Assembly: GCF_000007985.2 (NCBI RefSeq)
Contig: NC_002939.5
Coordinates: forward strand, 2,610,001-2,642,000
Length of the DNA: 32,000 bases
Direction: 5' to 3'
From: Geobacter sulfurreducens PCA
Lineage (GTDB): Bacteria > Desulfobacterota > Desulfuromonadia > Geobacterales > Geobacteraceae
In this document: positions 9,300 through 17,069 of the stretch, one piece after another
Layout: each line of letters begins with the position of its first letter
Numbering within the stretch: position 1 is the stretch's first letter
The notes under the pieces: model-generated
What the model was told of the DNA's origin: nothing
Seen by the model: only the letters and a program-made list of their open reading frames with translations
The model's database searches: none
Position numbers and translations under genes: made by a program

Positions 9300-10444
9300 G
9301 GCACCTCCACCCGCCGGAACGCTCCCTGGCGCACGGTCATCAGGAACGGCTTCCGGTCGGTATCGCCGAAACGATCAATGGTAAACTCGCCCTGAAGACC
9401 GGGAAAGGTTCCGGTGCCGAGGATCGCCCCCTTCAGCCCCCGGGGCGCGGGATTTTTTGCCAGCCCCGCGCCGGTCACCTTGACCGCCTGGTACGCATAG
9501 ACGGCCCCGAAGTCGGGAAGCTGGCCGAAACGTGTCTCGAAGGCCCGGCAGAAGGTCACATAGGGGGTGGAGTCGTCATCGCGGATGAAATTCTGGCAGT
9601 AAACGATCCCCTCCACCGCGGTCCCGCCGTGCATGAGGAGCTCGGGCGTGCTGGACCATTCGGTGGCGAAGAGGGCCGTGGAAGTGTCGAGCTTGCGGAT
9701 CTGCTGGCAGAGCATGGCGGCATCAACGGCACCGGCCAGGATGAGAACCCCCTGCGGCTTCTTTGCCAGGAGCGTTCTGGCCACGGACAGGTAATCGGTC
9801 TGGCCGGACGCATCAAAGGAGACCGCCGGCGCGACGGTGCCGCCCAGCGACTCGAACTGCCGGGTGAACGCCTGCCGCCAGTCGTCGGTGTAGGAGCGGT
9901 TGGAAAGGTCGTACACCACGGCCAGCCGGGACAGCCCCAGGCTCGTGCGGGCATATTCGGCCAGCTGCCGGGTCTTCTGGGCGTTGGTGGGATAAATGCG
10001 GAGGAAGTTGTCGTCTTTGCCGCTGAGATCGCCCGTGCTGACGGTGGGGCTGATCATGACCACCGGCGAACCGTTAATGACGGGCACCGTTGCCATGGCC
10101 ATGGAGCTGGTCATGGGTCCGACGATGGCGGCGACGCCGGCCGCGATCAGCTCGCGCACGGCAGTCTGGGCGCTCCCGGCCTTGCCCTCGTCGTCGCGGA
10201 TCACCAGTTCCAGGCGCTTTCCGTTAATGCCGCCCGCCCGGTTGATCTCCTCCACGGCAAAGATGGTACCGTCGCGGCCGGCAACGCCCAGATCGGAATG
10301 GCGGCCACTGAGGGTGCCCAGATAGCCGATTTTCAAAGAGTCGTCGCGTCGGCATCCCGACATGGTCGAAACCATGACAGCCGCGCAGGCGAGCAACGCA
10401 ACCGGACGCAGGGCGAAAAGCCGCGCGAAGGGCCGGATTACCAT
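9296..10444 (-). CDS. periplasmic substrate-binding lipoprotein, LivJ/Peripla_BP_6-like (ABC-type or sensor-associated)
   Basis: Start chosen at ATG 10444 (MVIRPFARLFALRPVALLACAAVMVSTMSGC, a signal peptide with lipobox). The body (KIGYLGTLSGRHSDLGVAGRDG..AVEEINRAGGINGKRLELV..DD) is typical of branched-chain-amino-acid-type binding proteins. The track ORF extends to 10594. Confidence 0.85.
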   Translation of the reverse strand: MVIRPFARLFALRPVALLACAAVMVSTMSGCRRDDSLKIGYLGTLSGRHSDLGVAGRDGTIFAVEEINRAGGINGKRLELVIRDDEGKAGSAQTAVRELIAAGVAAIVGPMTSSMAMATVPVINGSPVVMISPTVSTGDLSGKDDNFLRIYPTNAQKTRQLAEYARTSLGLSRLAVVYDLSNRSYTDDWRQAFTRQFESLGGTVAPAVSFDASGQTDYLSVARTLLAKKPQGVLILAGAVDAAMLCQQIRKLDTSTALFATEWSSTPELLMHGGTAVEGIVYCQNFIRDDDSTPYVTFCRAFETRFGQLPDFGAVYAYQAVKVTGAGLAKNPAPRGLKGAILGTGTFPGLQGEFTIDRFGDTDRKPFLMTVRQGAFRRVEVP

Positions 10445-10598
10445 GGGTATCGCTCCTCGGTGATCGAATATTCTCACGTGATCATGCCCATCCGAATCGG
10501 ACAGCTCCAGACCTCTTGCAAACAATGTTCCATCGTCGCACAGCTGATGCGCCGTTACCACAGGCAATCCGGAAACACTACTCCGTCGCATCATCCCC

Positions 10599-10628
10599 CT
10601 TGAAATTCGCTCCGACCATGATTAGGTT
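10599..10628 (+). promoter_or_regulatory. possible sigma32-type heat-shock promoter upstream of htpG
   Basis: CCCCCTTGAAA (-35-like CTTGAAA at 10599..10605), followed 11-12 nt later by CCATGATT. This only loosely resembles CCCCATNT. Its position about 45-70 nt upstream of the htpG ATG is appropriate. Confidence 0.3.
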
Positions 10629-10672
10629 AAAGACCACGCGCACACCACACCCCAAAGGAGATCACCATCCCC

Positions 10673-12625
10673 ATGAGCAAGACCGTCAAGAAATTCGAAA
10701 CCGAAGTCCAGCAGCTCCTGGACCTCGTGATCCACTCCCTCTACTCCAACAAGGACATCTTCCTGCGGGAGCTCATCTCCAACGCCTCCGACGCCATCGA
10801 CAAAGTCCTCTTCGAGTCCCACCAGAACGCGGCGGTCATCGAGGGCGAGCCCGAAGGGAAGATCAAGCTGATCCCCGACAAGGATGCCGGCACCCTTACC
10901 ATCCGCGACAACGGGGTCGGCATGACCCTGGAGGAAGTGGAGAAGAACATCGGCACCATCGCCCATTCGGGCACCAAGGCATTCCTGGCCAACCTGAAGG
11001 AGCAGAACGTGGCCGACCACCCGGAGCTGATCGGCCAGTTCGGGGTCGGCTTCTACGCCTCGTTCATGGTGGCCGACCGGGTCACCCTCGTCACCCGCCG
11101 GGCCGGCCACGACAAGGCGGCCGGGGTCCGCTGGGAGTCCACCGGCGACGGCACCTACACCGTGGAGGAATGCGCCAAAGAGACCCGCGGCACCGAGATC
11201 ACCCTCCACCTGAAAGAAGAGATGAAGGAATACCTGGACGAGTGGAAGATCCGCTCCATCGTCCGCAAGTACTCCGACTACGTCCAGTACCCCATCGTCA
11301 TGGACGTGACCCGCACCGAAGTGCCCAAGGGGGTGAACGGCGAAGAGATCGAAGGGGCCGGCACCATCGAGAAGACCGAAGAGGAAACCCTCAACTCCAT
11401 GAAGGCCATCTGGACCCGCTCCAAAAGCGAGGTGACCGAGGAGGAGTACGAGGAGTTCTACAAGCACGTCTCCCACGACTTTGAAAAGCCGCTGAAGACC
11501 ATCCACTACTCGGCCGAGGGGACCAGCGAGTTCAAGGCCCTCCTCTACCTGCCGGCCCACAAGCCCTTCGACCTCTTCATGCCCGAGCGCAAGAAAGGGG
11601 TCCAGCTCTACGTGCGCCGGGTCTTCATCACCGACTCCTGCGAACAGCTCCTCCCCGACTACCTCCGCTTCGTCAAGGGAGTGGTGGACTCCAGCGACCT
11701 GCCCCTCAACGTCTCCCGCGAGATCCTGCAGGAGGACGTGCAGATCAAGCGCATCCAGAAGAGCCTCGTCTCCAAGATCCTCTCAACCCTCTCCGAGATG
11801 AGGGAAAAAGAGGCCGACAGCTACCTGGACTTCTACAAGGAGTTCGGCCCGGTCCTCAAGGAAGGGGTCCACTTCGACTACGCCAACCGGGACAAGCTCC
11901 AGGACCTTCTCCTGTTCGAGAGCACCGCCACCGACGCGGGTTCGTTCGTCTCCCTCAAGGAATACGTGGAGCGGATGCCCGAGGGGCAGGAAGAGATCTA
12001 CTTCATCACCGGCACCAGCCGGGCGGCCCTGGAGCAGTCGCCGCACCTGGAGATCTTCCGCAAGAAGGGGTACGAAGTCCTGTTCCTGACCGATCCGGTG
12101 GACGAGTGGGTGGTGCAGGGGCTGCCGGAATACGGCGGCAAAAAGCTCAAGGCCGTTGACCGGGGCGACGTGATCCCCGCCACCGAAGAAGAGAAAAAAG
12201 AGCAGGAAGCCAAGCGGGAAGAGGCGGCCAAGCAGTACGGCGACCTCCTCTCCTTCGTAAAGGAGAAGCTGGCCGAGCGGGTGAAAGAAGTGCGGCTCTC
12301 CAACCGCCTCACCGACAGCGCCTGCTGCCTGGTGGCCGACGAGCACGGCCTCAACGCCAACATGGAGCGGATTCTCCGGGCCATGAACCAGACCGTGCCC
12401 GAGTCCAAGCGAATCCTGGAGCTGAACCCGGACCACCCCATCATGCAGGTCATGGCCACCCTCTTCGGCAAGGACAAGACCAACCCGCGCCTGGCCGACT
12501 ACTGCGACCTCCTCTACGACCAGGCCCTGCTCACCGAGGGATCGCCCATCGCCGACCCGCTCCGGTTCACCCGCCTCGTTGCCGAGCTGATGGTGGCGGA
12601 CGGCAAGGCCGCCGCGGGAGAATAG
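10673..12625 (+). CDS. htpG: molecular chaperone HtpG (Hsp90 family)
   Basis: 650 aa: [47 protein letters not shown]-like [15 protein letters not shown], and an Hsp90 middle and C-terminal region. AAGGAG SD upstream. Confidence 0.97.
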   Translation: MSKTVKKFETEVQQLLDLVIHSLYSNKDIFLRELISNASDAIDKVLFESHQNAAVIEGEPEGKIKLIPDKDAGTLTIRDNGVGMTLEEVEKNIGTIAHSGTKAFLANLKEQNVADHPELIGQFGVGFYASFMVADRVTLVTRRAGHDKAAGVRWESTGDGTYTVEECAKETRGTEITLHLKEEMKEYLDEWKIRSIVRKYSDYVQYPIVMDVTRTEVPKGVNGEEIEGAGTIEKTEEETLNSMKAIWTRSKSEVTEEEYEEFYKHVSHDFEKPLKTIHYSAEGTSEFKALLYLPAHKPFDLFMPERKKGVQLYVRRVFITDSCEQLLPDYLRFVKGVVDSSDLPLNVSREILQEDVQIKRIQKSLVSKILSTLSEMREKEADSYLDFYKEFGPVLKEGVHFDYANRDKLQDLLLFESTATDAGSFVSLKEYVERMPEGQEEIYFITGTSRAALEQSPHLEIFRKKGYEVLFLTDPVDEWVVQGLPEYGGKKLKAVDRGDVIPATEEEKKEQEAKREEAAKQYGDLLSFVKEKLAERVKEVRLSNRLTDSACCLVADEHGLNANMERILRAMNQTVPESKRILELNPDHPIMQVMATLFGKDKTNPRLADYCDLLYDQALLTEGSPIADPLRFTRLVAELMVADGKAAAGE

Positions 12626-12686
12626 GCCGGCAGGCCCCCCTTCCCCGCGCAGTACTCAGCACCAATCCATTCCAGATTCCCGCCAT

Positions 12687-12716
12687 GGGGAGCCGAAGCA
12701 TCGGCTCCCCTTTTTT
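12687..12716 (+). terminator. rho-independent terminator of htpG
   Basis: ggggagccga-agca-tcggctcccc (10-bp perfect stem) followed by TTTTTT. Confidence 0.85.
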
Positions 12717-12763
12717 CGTTTCTATAACCGTTGATCGCCGCGTTTTATCGGGATTTTCCTGAC

Positions 12764-12792
12764 TTGACAGGGTGGGTGCGCGCTGAGATAGT
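12764..12792 (+). promoter_or_regulatory. sigma70-like promoter (TTGACA-17 nt-GATAGT) inside the left repeat copy
   Basis: TTGACA at 12764..12769, a 17-nt spacer, GATAGT at 12787..12792. The same architecture is conserved in the right copy. Confidence 0.45.
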
Positions 12793-12867
12793 TTCGGTGC
12801 GGGTGTTCATTAACTACTATGAAGTAAAAAGTAACACGTATTGCGGGAGGTGTTCGGAGTTTTTCCT

Positions 12868-12927
12868 GGGGCCGAAGGGGAAGGTAATTAAGTTGATGTT
12901 CCCGGAATTTTCCGGGAATTTTCCGGG
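12868..12927 (+). mobile_element. relic of the 3' end and right REP arm of a RAYT unit
   Basis: ggggccgaaggggaaggtaattaagttgatgttcccggaattttccgggaattttccggg parallels 20027..20084 (gggaccaaaaggtaatgataattaaaagtatggtgtccccggaattcgcccggaattcgc). That stretch covers the last RAYT codons (GPKG..), the stop, and the REP arm plus tandem ccggaatt units. Confidence 0.5.
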
Positions 12928-13149
12928 CTTCCTTCAGACCCCTCCTCGCGGAGGCGCCCTTGCCGTCGGCTAGTACTTTGGTACCCTGTCTCGCGACAGT
13001 GCTGGATTCTACGTACAGGGGACTTGCACCCCATTAGTTCACGCCCATGCCGGGCGTACACCAGCCGGTTGCACACCGTCCGGGGCTGAGAGACGCCCCG
13101 AAGCGGGTGAACCGGGCACCCCGTTATCCAAAGAGAAGGGAGAAAGGTC

Positions 13150-13476
13150 ATGTTGTTTCGTGAAAAAAAGTCGGCGTTAGTTCGTTTATCCGACTGCATC
13201 AAACTCGGTATCGGTAACTGTTTTGATACAACAAATGAAATTATCGCCCTCCACGAACGGTACGAAGCAACTTTTCAAAAAACGAGAGCGATAGCGAAAG
13301 ATATTCTGGAGGACAAAATAGCGGCTGAAGAGGGAGAAAGACAACTACTTGAATTGAATAAGAATGTTCCCGAGGAAGATGCAAGGCGTGGTGTGTATCT
13401 TCAGGGGCGTCTGCATTCTGAGAGCCTCTCCGTTCTCCTAAACTGCTGCTTTGCATTGGAGTCGTACGTAAATTCT
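13150..13476 (+). pseudogene. 5' fragment (109 codons) of HEPN-like gene disrupted by IS insertion
   Basis: The ORF reads ...LLNCCFALESYVNS up to the IS boundary, then runs into IS sequence. The 15-nt tcgtacgtaaattct (SYVNS codons) recurs in frame at 14827..14841 at the start of the 3' fragment. Confidence 0.8.
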
Positions 13477-13511
13477 GTAGCGCGCCCGGTACCCTGGACA
13501 CAAGATAAGAG

Positions 13512-14402
13512 TCACGCAGCCTTCTTGAGTTGATACTCCTCGAAAGCCTGTCGTGGGCTTCTGAACCCGAGCTTTTCAACCAGCCACAGCCGGTTGTAAC
13601 GATCCATGAAGTCAGCTACTGCCATCCTTACTTCTTCGATTGTGCGGTAATGGCGGCCATAGATGACCTGCTCTTTGATAGTCCGATTAAACCGTTCCGT
13701 CACCCCGTTGGTCTGCGGTTCGGCAACAAATGAGAAACTTGGGGCAATTCCCCAGAACTTGATCTGATTCTGGAAATGCTCTGAGAGGTATTGGCTGCCG
13801 TGATCCATCCTCAGTGCCAACCCTCGAGCAGCAGCGGCACCGACCGAGCCGAAACGGGCCTTGATTCCCATGGCGAGCGGCTGCAATGCGGCAAACCGGT
13901 CGCCATTCTTGGTCACATGCCAACCGACGCACTCGGCATTCCAATGCTCGACGGCGGTAAACAACCAGCACCACCCTTCTTCCAGGGTGAAGATCTTGGT
14001 GCCATCGGTACCCCACATGACGTTGGGGGCCGCCGTGATGATCTTGCCGGCGTGGTCCTTGGGCTGTCCCTGAACAACCCGGTGAGGGGAGAGCAGATTG
14101 TTCTCCCGCATGAGACGCAACACTCGTTTGCGGCCGACTTTTATCCCTTTGACGAAGCGTAGTCGTCCCCAGACCTTACGGTGCCCTTCGCCGACAAAGG
14201 GGGATGTCTCCAGGTCGGTCCGGATGAGAGAAAGTACCTCGTCGTCAGAGAGCGGTGTTTTTGGACCACGCTTGAGCAGTACAGCAGGCAATGTTTTTCT
14301 GCCTGCACGGCTATAGAACGACGAGCGGGGCACTCCCCAGGCAAGGCAGACGCGCTGAACGCCATAGGCTTTACCGGTGGCAGGGGAGATCGTAGCACTC
14401 AT
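13512..14402 (-). CDS. IS3-family transposase OrfB (integrase core / rve DDE domain)
   Basis: 296 aa. WGTDGT...(D), MDHGSQYLSEHF (D), GVTERFNRTIKEQ (E): the classic retroviral-integrase-type catalytic core. ATG overlaps the orfA stop (ATGA, 14399..14402). Confidence 0.92.
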   Translation of the reverse strand: MSATISPATGKAYGVQRVCLAWGVPRSSFYSRAGRKTLPAVLLKRGPKTPLSDDEVLSLIRTDLETSPFVGEGHRKVWGRLRFVKGIKVGRKRVLRLMRENNLLSPHRVVQGQPKDHAGKIITAAPNVMWGTDGTKIFTLEEGWCWLFTAVEHWNAECVGWHVTKNGDRFAALQPLAMGIKARFGSVGAAAARGLALRMDHGSQYLSEHFQNQIKFWGIAPSFSFVAEPQTNGVTERFNRTIKEQVIYGRHYRTIEEVRMAVADFMDRYNRLWLVEKLGFRSPRQAFEEYQLKKAA

Positions 14403-14761
14403 TTCTTCGATCTCCTCTGGGCCAAAGGGTGGGCACGCCTCGCTTTCTCCCGCAGTAGCTCGTTTTCCATGGTGATCTCACCGATGCGCTTGAAGGCTGC
14501 ATCGAGTTCCGCTGCCAACGGATCACCTTCACGAGCCTTGAGAGCAGATTCTATCCCCTGGAGTGCTTTCTGATGCCACTCTTCCAGGCGATAGATTTCG
14601 ATGCCCAACTCACGGGACAAGGCATCGATTGGTTCACCGCGCATCAACCGCAGGACAACCTCCTTTTTGCGGTTGGCGCTCCAACGTTTGACTTCCGGTG
14701 CTGCTCCAGTCGAGCTACGCTCTCCTTCCGCCGCACCGGAGACACTGACATCCTTTTCCAT
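14399..14761 (-). CDS. IS3-family transposase OrfA (HTH + leucine-zipper-like helix)
   Basis: 120 aa. RWSANRKKEVVLRLMRGEPIDALSRELGIEIYRLEEW is an HTH_Tnp_1-like motif, and the C-terminal region is coiled-coil. AAGGAGG SD upstream. Confidence 0.88.
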   Translation of the reverse strand: MEKDVSVSGAAEGERSSTGAAPEVKRWSANRKKEVVLRLMRGEPIDALSRELGIEIYRLEEWHQKALQGIESALKAREGDPLAAELDAAFKRIGEITMENELLREKARRAHPLAQRRSKK

Positions 14762-14841
14762 TGACGACCTCCTTGAACACCTAGATTTACCTCATTTTCG
14801 TGTCCAAGAAAACCGGGGCCGCCATATCGTACGTAAATTCT

Positions 14842-15333
14842 TTGGGGTTTCATCTACTGCAAGAAAAGGATTTCCTTGGTCTATTCCACGCAGGGCATGA
14901 ATCAACTACTGAAGTGCTTATTGCTGCCATTGAGAAGATGAGCACTCTCACAAAATGGGAGACACTGGGAAAACTTAAAAAAGGCAAAGGATTTAACAAG
15001 TCAACAAGTCCTTTTCAAGACCTGAAAATTCTTTTCAATTACCGAAATGACATTGCCCATGACAAAGTAGTTGATTACTCAGAAGACAGAGAAAACAAGA
15101 GGTACAACAACAAACTTCCTGACCCCGTAACCGGGTTTCTATCACTGAACCACGTAGTTTTCGCAGCAGATACATACTGGGGAATGATTTCTGAAATCCA
15201 TAGCATACTTGATACTGACATGACTGCATTCCATAAACATTACAACCTTAAACCTTGGTTTAACGACAATTTTGAACAAGAAGCAAGAGGTGCCAGTAAC
15301 GCGTATCTTAAAGTTACTGAGCAGGAAGGATAA
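14842..15333 (+). pseudogene. 3' fragment (163 codons) of the IS-disrupted HEPN-like gene
   Basis: Continues LGFHLLQEKDF... in the same frame as the duplicated SYVNS codons. Contains ILFNYRNDIAHDK (Rx4H, RNxxxH type) at 15043..15060. Deleting the IS plus one repeat copy restores a 272-codon ORF. Confidence 0.8.
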
Positions 15334-15401
15334 CACTTGGCTGGACCAGTCTACGATATTTGGGGTTTCGGTGACTTACTTGTAGAGAAGGAGGGAATGC
15401 T

Positions 15402-15983
15402 ATGCCGTACAGGAAATTATTATTAATAGGGTTATGTCTCGTTTTGCTGTGTGGTTGTAGGCACGGCAGTGCTTCTGTACCTAAAGAGGACAGTAACGAT
15501 TTGGATGTTCACGGAGCAGATGTTAATGGGCTTGATGACCCGCTAGAAAGTAAAGTTGAAATTACAACTGGCAGTAAAGGACTAATGTTCTCTCTTAGGG
15601 GCGGGCAATTTTACCGTGGCTACTTTGACAAAAAATCAAAAATACCTACATACCAACTATACGTTAGATTCCATAGCAATCAATGGATGAATTGGGACAC
15701 TGCGAAGTATCTCACCTTAGACGGATTGAAAGAGTCGCCTGTTATACGAGTCGGGACAGATGTTAAGTGCAGTCAATATAGCTGTGGGCATTATGAAGAC
15801 GTAATTTTAAAACTTGACCGATCAACACTTGATAAATGGAAAACAACAAATACAACTGTTAGGTTTTCTTCTTCTACTGTAACTGGTAGTAGTGATATTG
15901 AACTTGATAGTGAAGACACCACAAATTTCATTAATGCAATGGATGCTGTTGAGGCTTATTATTCTAGATCAATTTCAAAATGA
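15402..15983 (+). CDS. hypothetical lipoprotein
   Basis: 193 aa with a strong AAGGAGG SD. Signal peptide MPYRKLLLIGLCLVLLCGC has a lipobox-like LCGC. AT-rich codon usage matches its island neighbours. No family recognised. Confidence 0.7.
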   Translation: MPYRKLLLIGLCLVLLCGCRHGSASVPKEDSNDLDVHGADVNGLDDPLESKVEITTGSKGLMFSLRGGQFYRGYFDKKSKIPTYQLYVRFHSNQWMNWDTAKYLTLDGLKESPVIRVGTDVKCSQYSCGHYEDVILKLDRSTLDKWKTTNTTVRFSSSTVTGSSDIELDSEDTTNFINAMDAVEAYYSRSISK

Positions 15984-16082
15984 GGTCGCATGCCTAACCC
16001 TTATTAGGCCCCCGTCCGTCAAGGGCAAAAAAGAGCCCTGACGATTTTGAATCGCTTTTTAAATGAATCGGATCAGGACGAG

Positions 16083-16799
16083 AAAAAGGGGACAGGCTAC
16101 TTTTTGAGGGAACAGGATGCCACGGATAGCAAGAGGACATAGTGACGGTCTGATTTACCACGTCCTTAACCGTGGTAACGGCAGACAGAACGTCTTTCAT
16201 AAAGACGGCGATTTCAAGGCCTTCGTTGAACTAATGGCGACAGCACAAGAGACGTATGGTGTTGGCATTCTTGCTTATTGCCTGATGACCAATCATTTTC
16301 ACCTTCTCCTCCAACCGTCAAGGGCAGACGATTTGAGCAAATGGATGCAATGGCTCATGACGAGCCACGTCCGCCGCTACCATCGTCATTACGGCACGAG
16401 TGGTCACGTCTGGCAAGGTCGGTACAAGAGTTTCATAGTTCAGGATGATGATCACTTGCTGACCGTAGTCCGCTATATCGAGGCCAATCCTGTTAGAGCG
16501 ACAATGACCGCCAGCGCCAAGGACTGGCAGTGGTCTTCACACCCAGAACGGGTAGCAGGAACTAATCGAAGAATACTTGCCGCCCTGCCCAACACATTAC
16601 CAGCAAATTGGACACAGTATGTTGATACCGCAATGACCAGCAGCGAAATTGAAAGACTCCGCCGGAGCGTCAACAGACAAGCACCATACGGAAACGATCT
16701 GTGGGCAGATATGATATGTAAGGAGTTGGGATTAGAGTCAACAAGACGGGAAAGAGGCAGACCAAAAATTGATCGAAAAAAGTAGCCTGTCCCCTTTTT
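16083..16799 (+). mobile_element. RAYT unit 1: HUH transposase gene bounded by perfect 18-bp inverted repeats
   Basis: AAAAAGGGGACAGGCTAC at 16083..16100 and its exact reverse complement GTAGCCTGTCCCCTTTTT at 16782..16799 enclose the CDS. Confidence 0.8.
16117..16785 (+). CDS. REP-associated tyrosine transposase (RAYT / IS200-like Y1 HUH transposase, COG1943-type)
   Basis: 222 aa. HUH motif MTNHFHLLLQP, catalytic Tyr helix VVRYIEANPVRA, and WQGRYKS. Confidence 0.88.
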   Translation: MPRIARGHSDGLIYHVLNRGNGRQNVFHKDGDFKAFVELMATAQETYGVGILAYCLMTNHFHLLLQPSRADDLSKWMQWLMTSHVRRYHRHYGTSGHVWQGRYKSFIVQDDDHLLTVVRYIEANPVRATMTASAKDWQWSSHPERVAGTNRRILAALPNTLPANWTQYVDTAMTSSEIERLRRSVNRQAPYGNDLWADMICKELGLESTRRERGRPKIDRKK

Positions 16800-17069
16800 A
16801 TGTCCCATGTAAAGGGCATGACCCAAGACAAATTCGATTCCTTCCTTACGGCAGAGATCGGCAAGCCAGTACCAGGCAAACATGCATTCCACGCCGACCA
16901 CCAAACCATCACGGAAAGGCGCGACTGCTTTGAGAAAGGCCTCCGGCGAACTTGAGATGTTGCGGTGCAGGAGCACCTCGCCCTGTGCATCCAGGATACA
17001 GAGGAACATTTTCTTCGCATGAAGATCGATTCCGCAGTAGTGTTTGTGAGTTTTTGTGTAAAATCTCAT
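16800..17069 (-). pseudogene. N-terminal fragment (~90 codons) of IS110-family (DEDD) transposase, truncated at the RAYT unit
   Basis: From ATG 17069: MRFYTKTHKHYCGIDLHAKKMFLCILDAQGEVLLHRNISSSPEAFLKAVAPFRDGLVVGVECMFAWYWLADLCRKEGIEFVLGHALYM. This is an IS110 N-terminal domain pattern. Homology stops exactly where the RAYT inverted repeat begins, and the track ORF 16473..17114 is a chimera. Confidence 0.75.

Larger units (their letters stand above)
12675..12795 (+). repeat. left copy of ~120-bp diverged direct repeat (terminator + promoter-like module)
   Basis: Aligns with 24358..24477. Shared parts are gattcccgcca, the terminator hairpin, and atcgggattttcctgacttgacagggtgggtgcgcgctgagatagtttc versus atcaggattttcctatcttgacagggtacgtatgcgctggaatagtttc. 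Confidence 0.8.
13477..14826 (-). mobile_element. IS3-family-like insertion sequence (~1350 bp, two ORFs)
   Basis: Imperfect terminal inverted repeats (GTAGCGCGCCCGGTACCCTGGACAC versus the reverse complement of the right end, TATGGCGGCCCCGGTTTTCTTGGACAC). Flanked by perfect 15-bp direct repeats at 13462..13476 and 14827..14841. Encodes orfA (HTH) and orfB (rve/DDE). Boundaries are good to within a few nt. Confidence 0.85.

Noticed and set aside
6957-11560. Long ORFs 6957..9206 (+), 9629..10603 (+), 10516..11484 (+) and 10622..11560 (-)
   Set aside because: They are antisense or out of frame relative to the well-supported kinase, binding-protein and htpG genes, and the sequences are compositionally biased and non-protein-like.
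12899-12927. Tandem ccgg(g)aatttt units as a CRISPR array or ToxI-like type III antitoxin repeat
   Set aside because: There are only about 2.5 copies of an 11-nt unit, with no spacers and no adjacent cas or toxIN-type gene. The units are better explained as part of a RAYT/REP relic (similar units occur at 20062..20083).
12990-13135. Possible tmRNA fragment or known riboswitch (ctggattctacg resembles the tmRNA 5' CUGGAUUCGACG; ggggctgaga resembles GGGGCUGA and the TPP CUGAGA box)
   Set aside because: The motifs are in the wrong order for tmRNA, and no tRNA-like 3' end (GGTTCGA..CCA) is present. The rest of the TPP, cobalamin, GEMM, ZTP or guanidine consensus cores are absent. The region is kept only as an unexplained structured segment.
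12731-13202. ORFs 12731..12973 (+) and 12888..13202 (-) as genes
   Set aside because: No SD and no family resemblance. They span repeat and relic sequence, and the GPKG match in the plus ORF is explained by the RAYT 3' relic.
14380-14420. Programmed -1 frameshift site between IS orfA and orfB
   Set aside because: I looked for an A6G/A7-type slippery heptamer at the junction and saw none. The ORFs are joined by an ATGA overlap, so I report them as separate CDSs and do not claim a fusion transposase.
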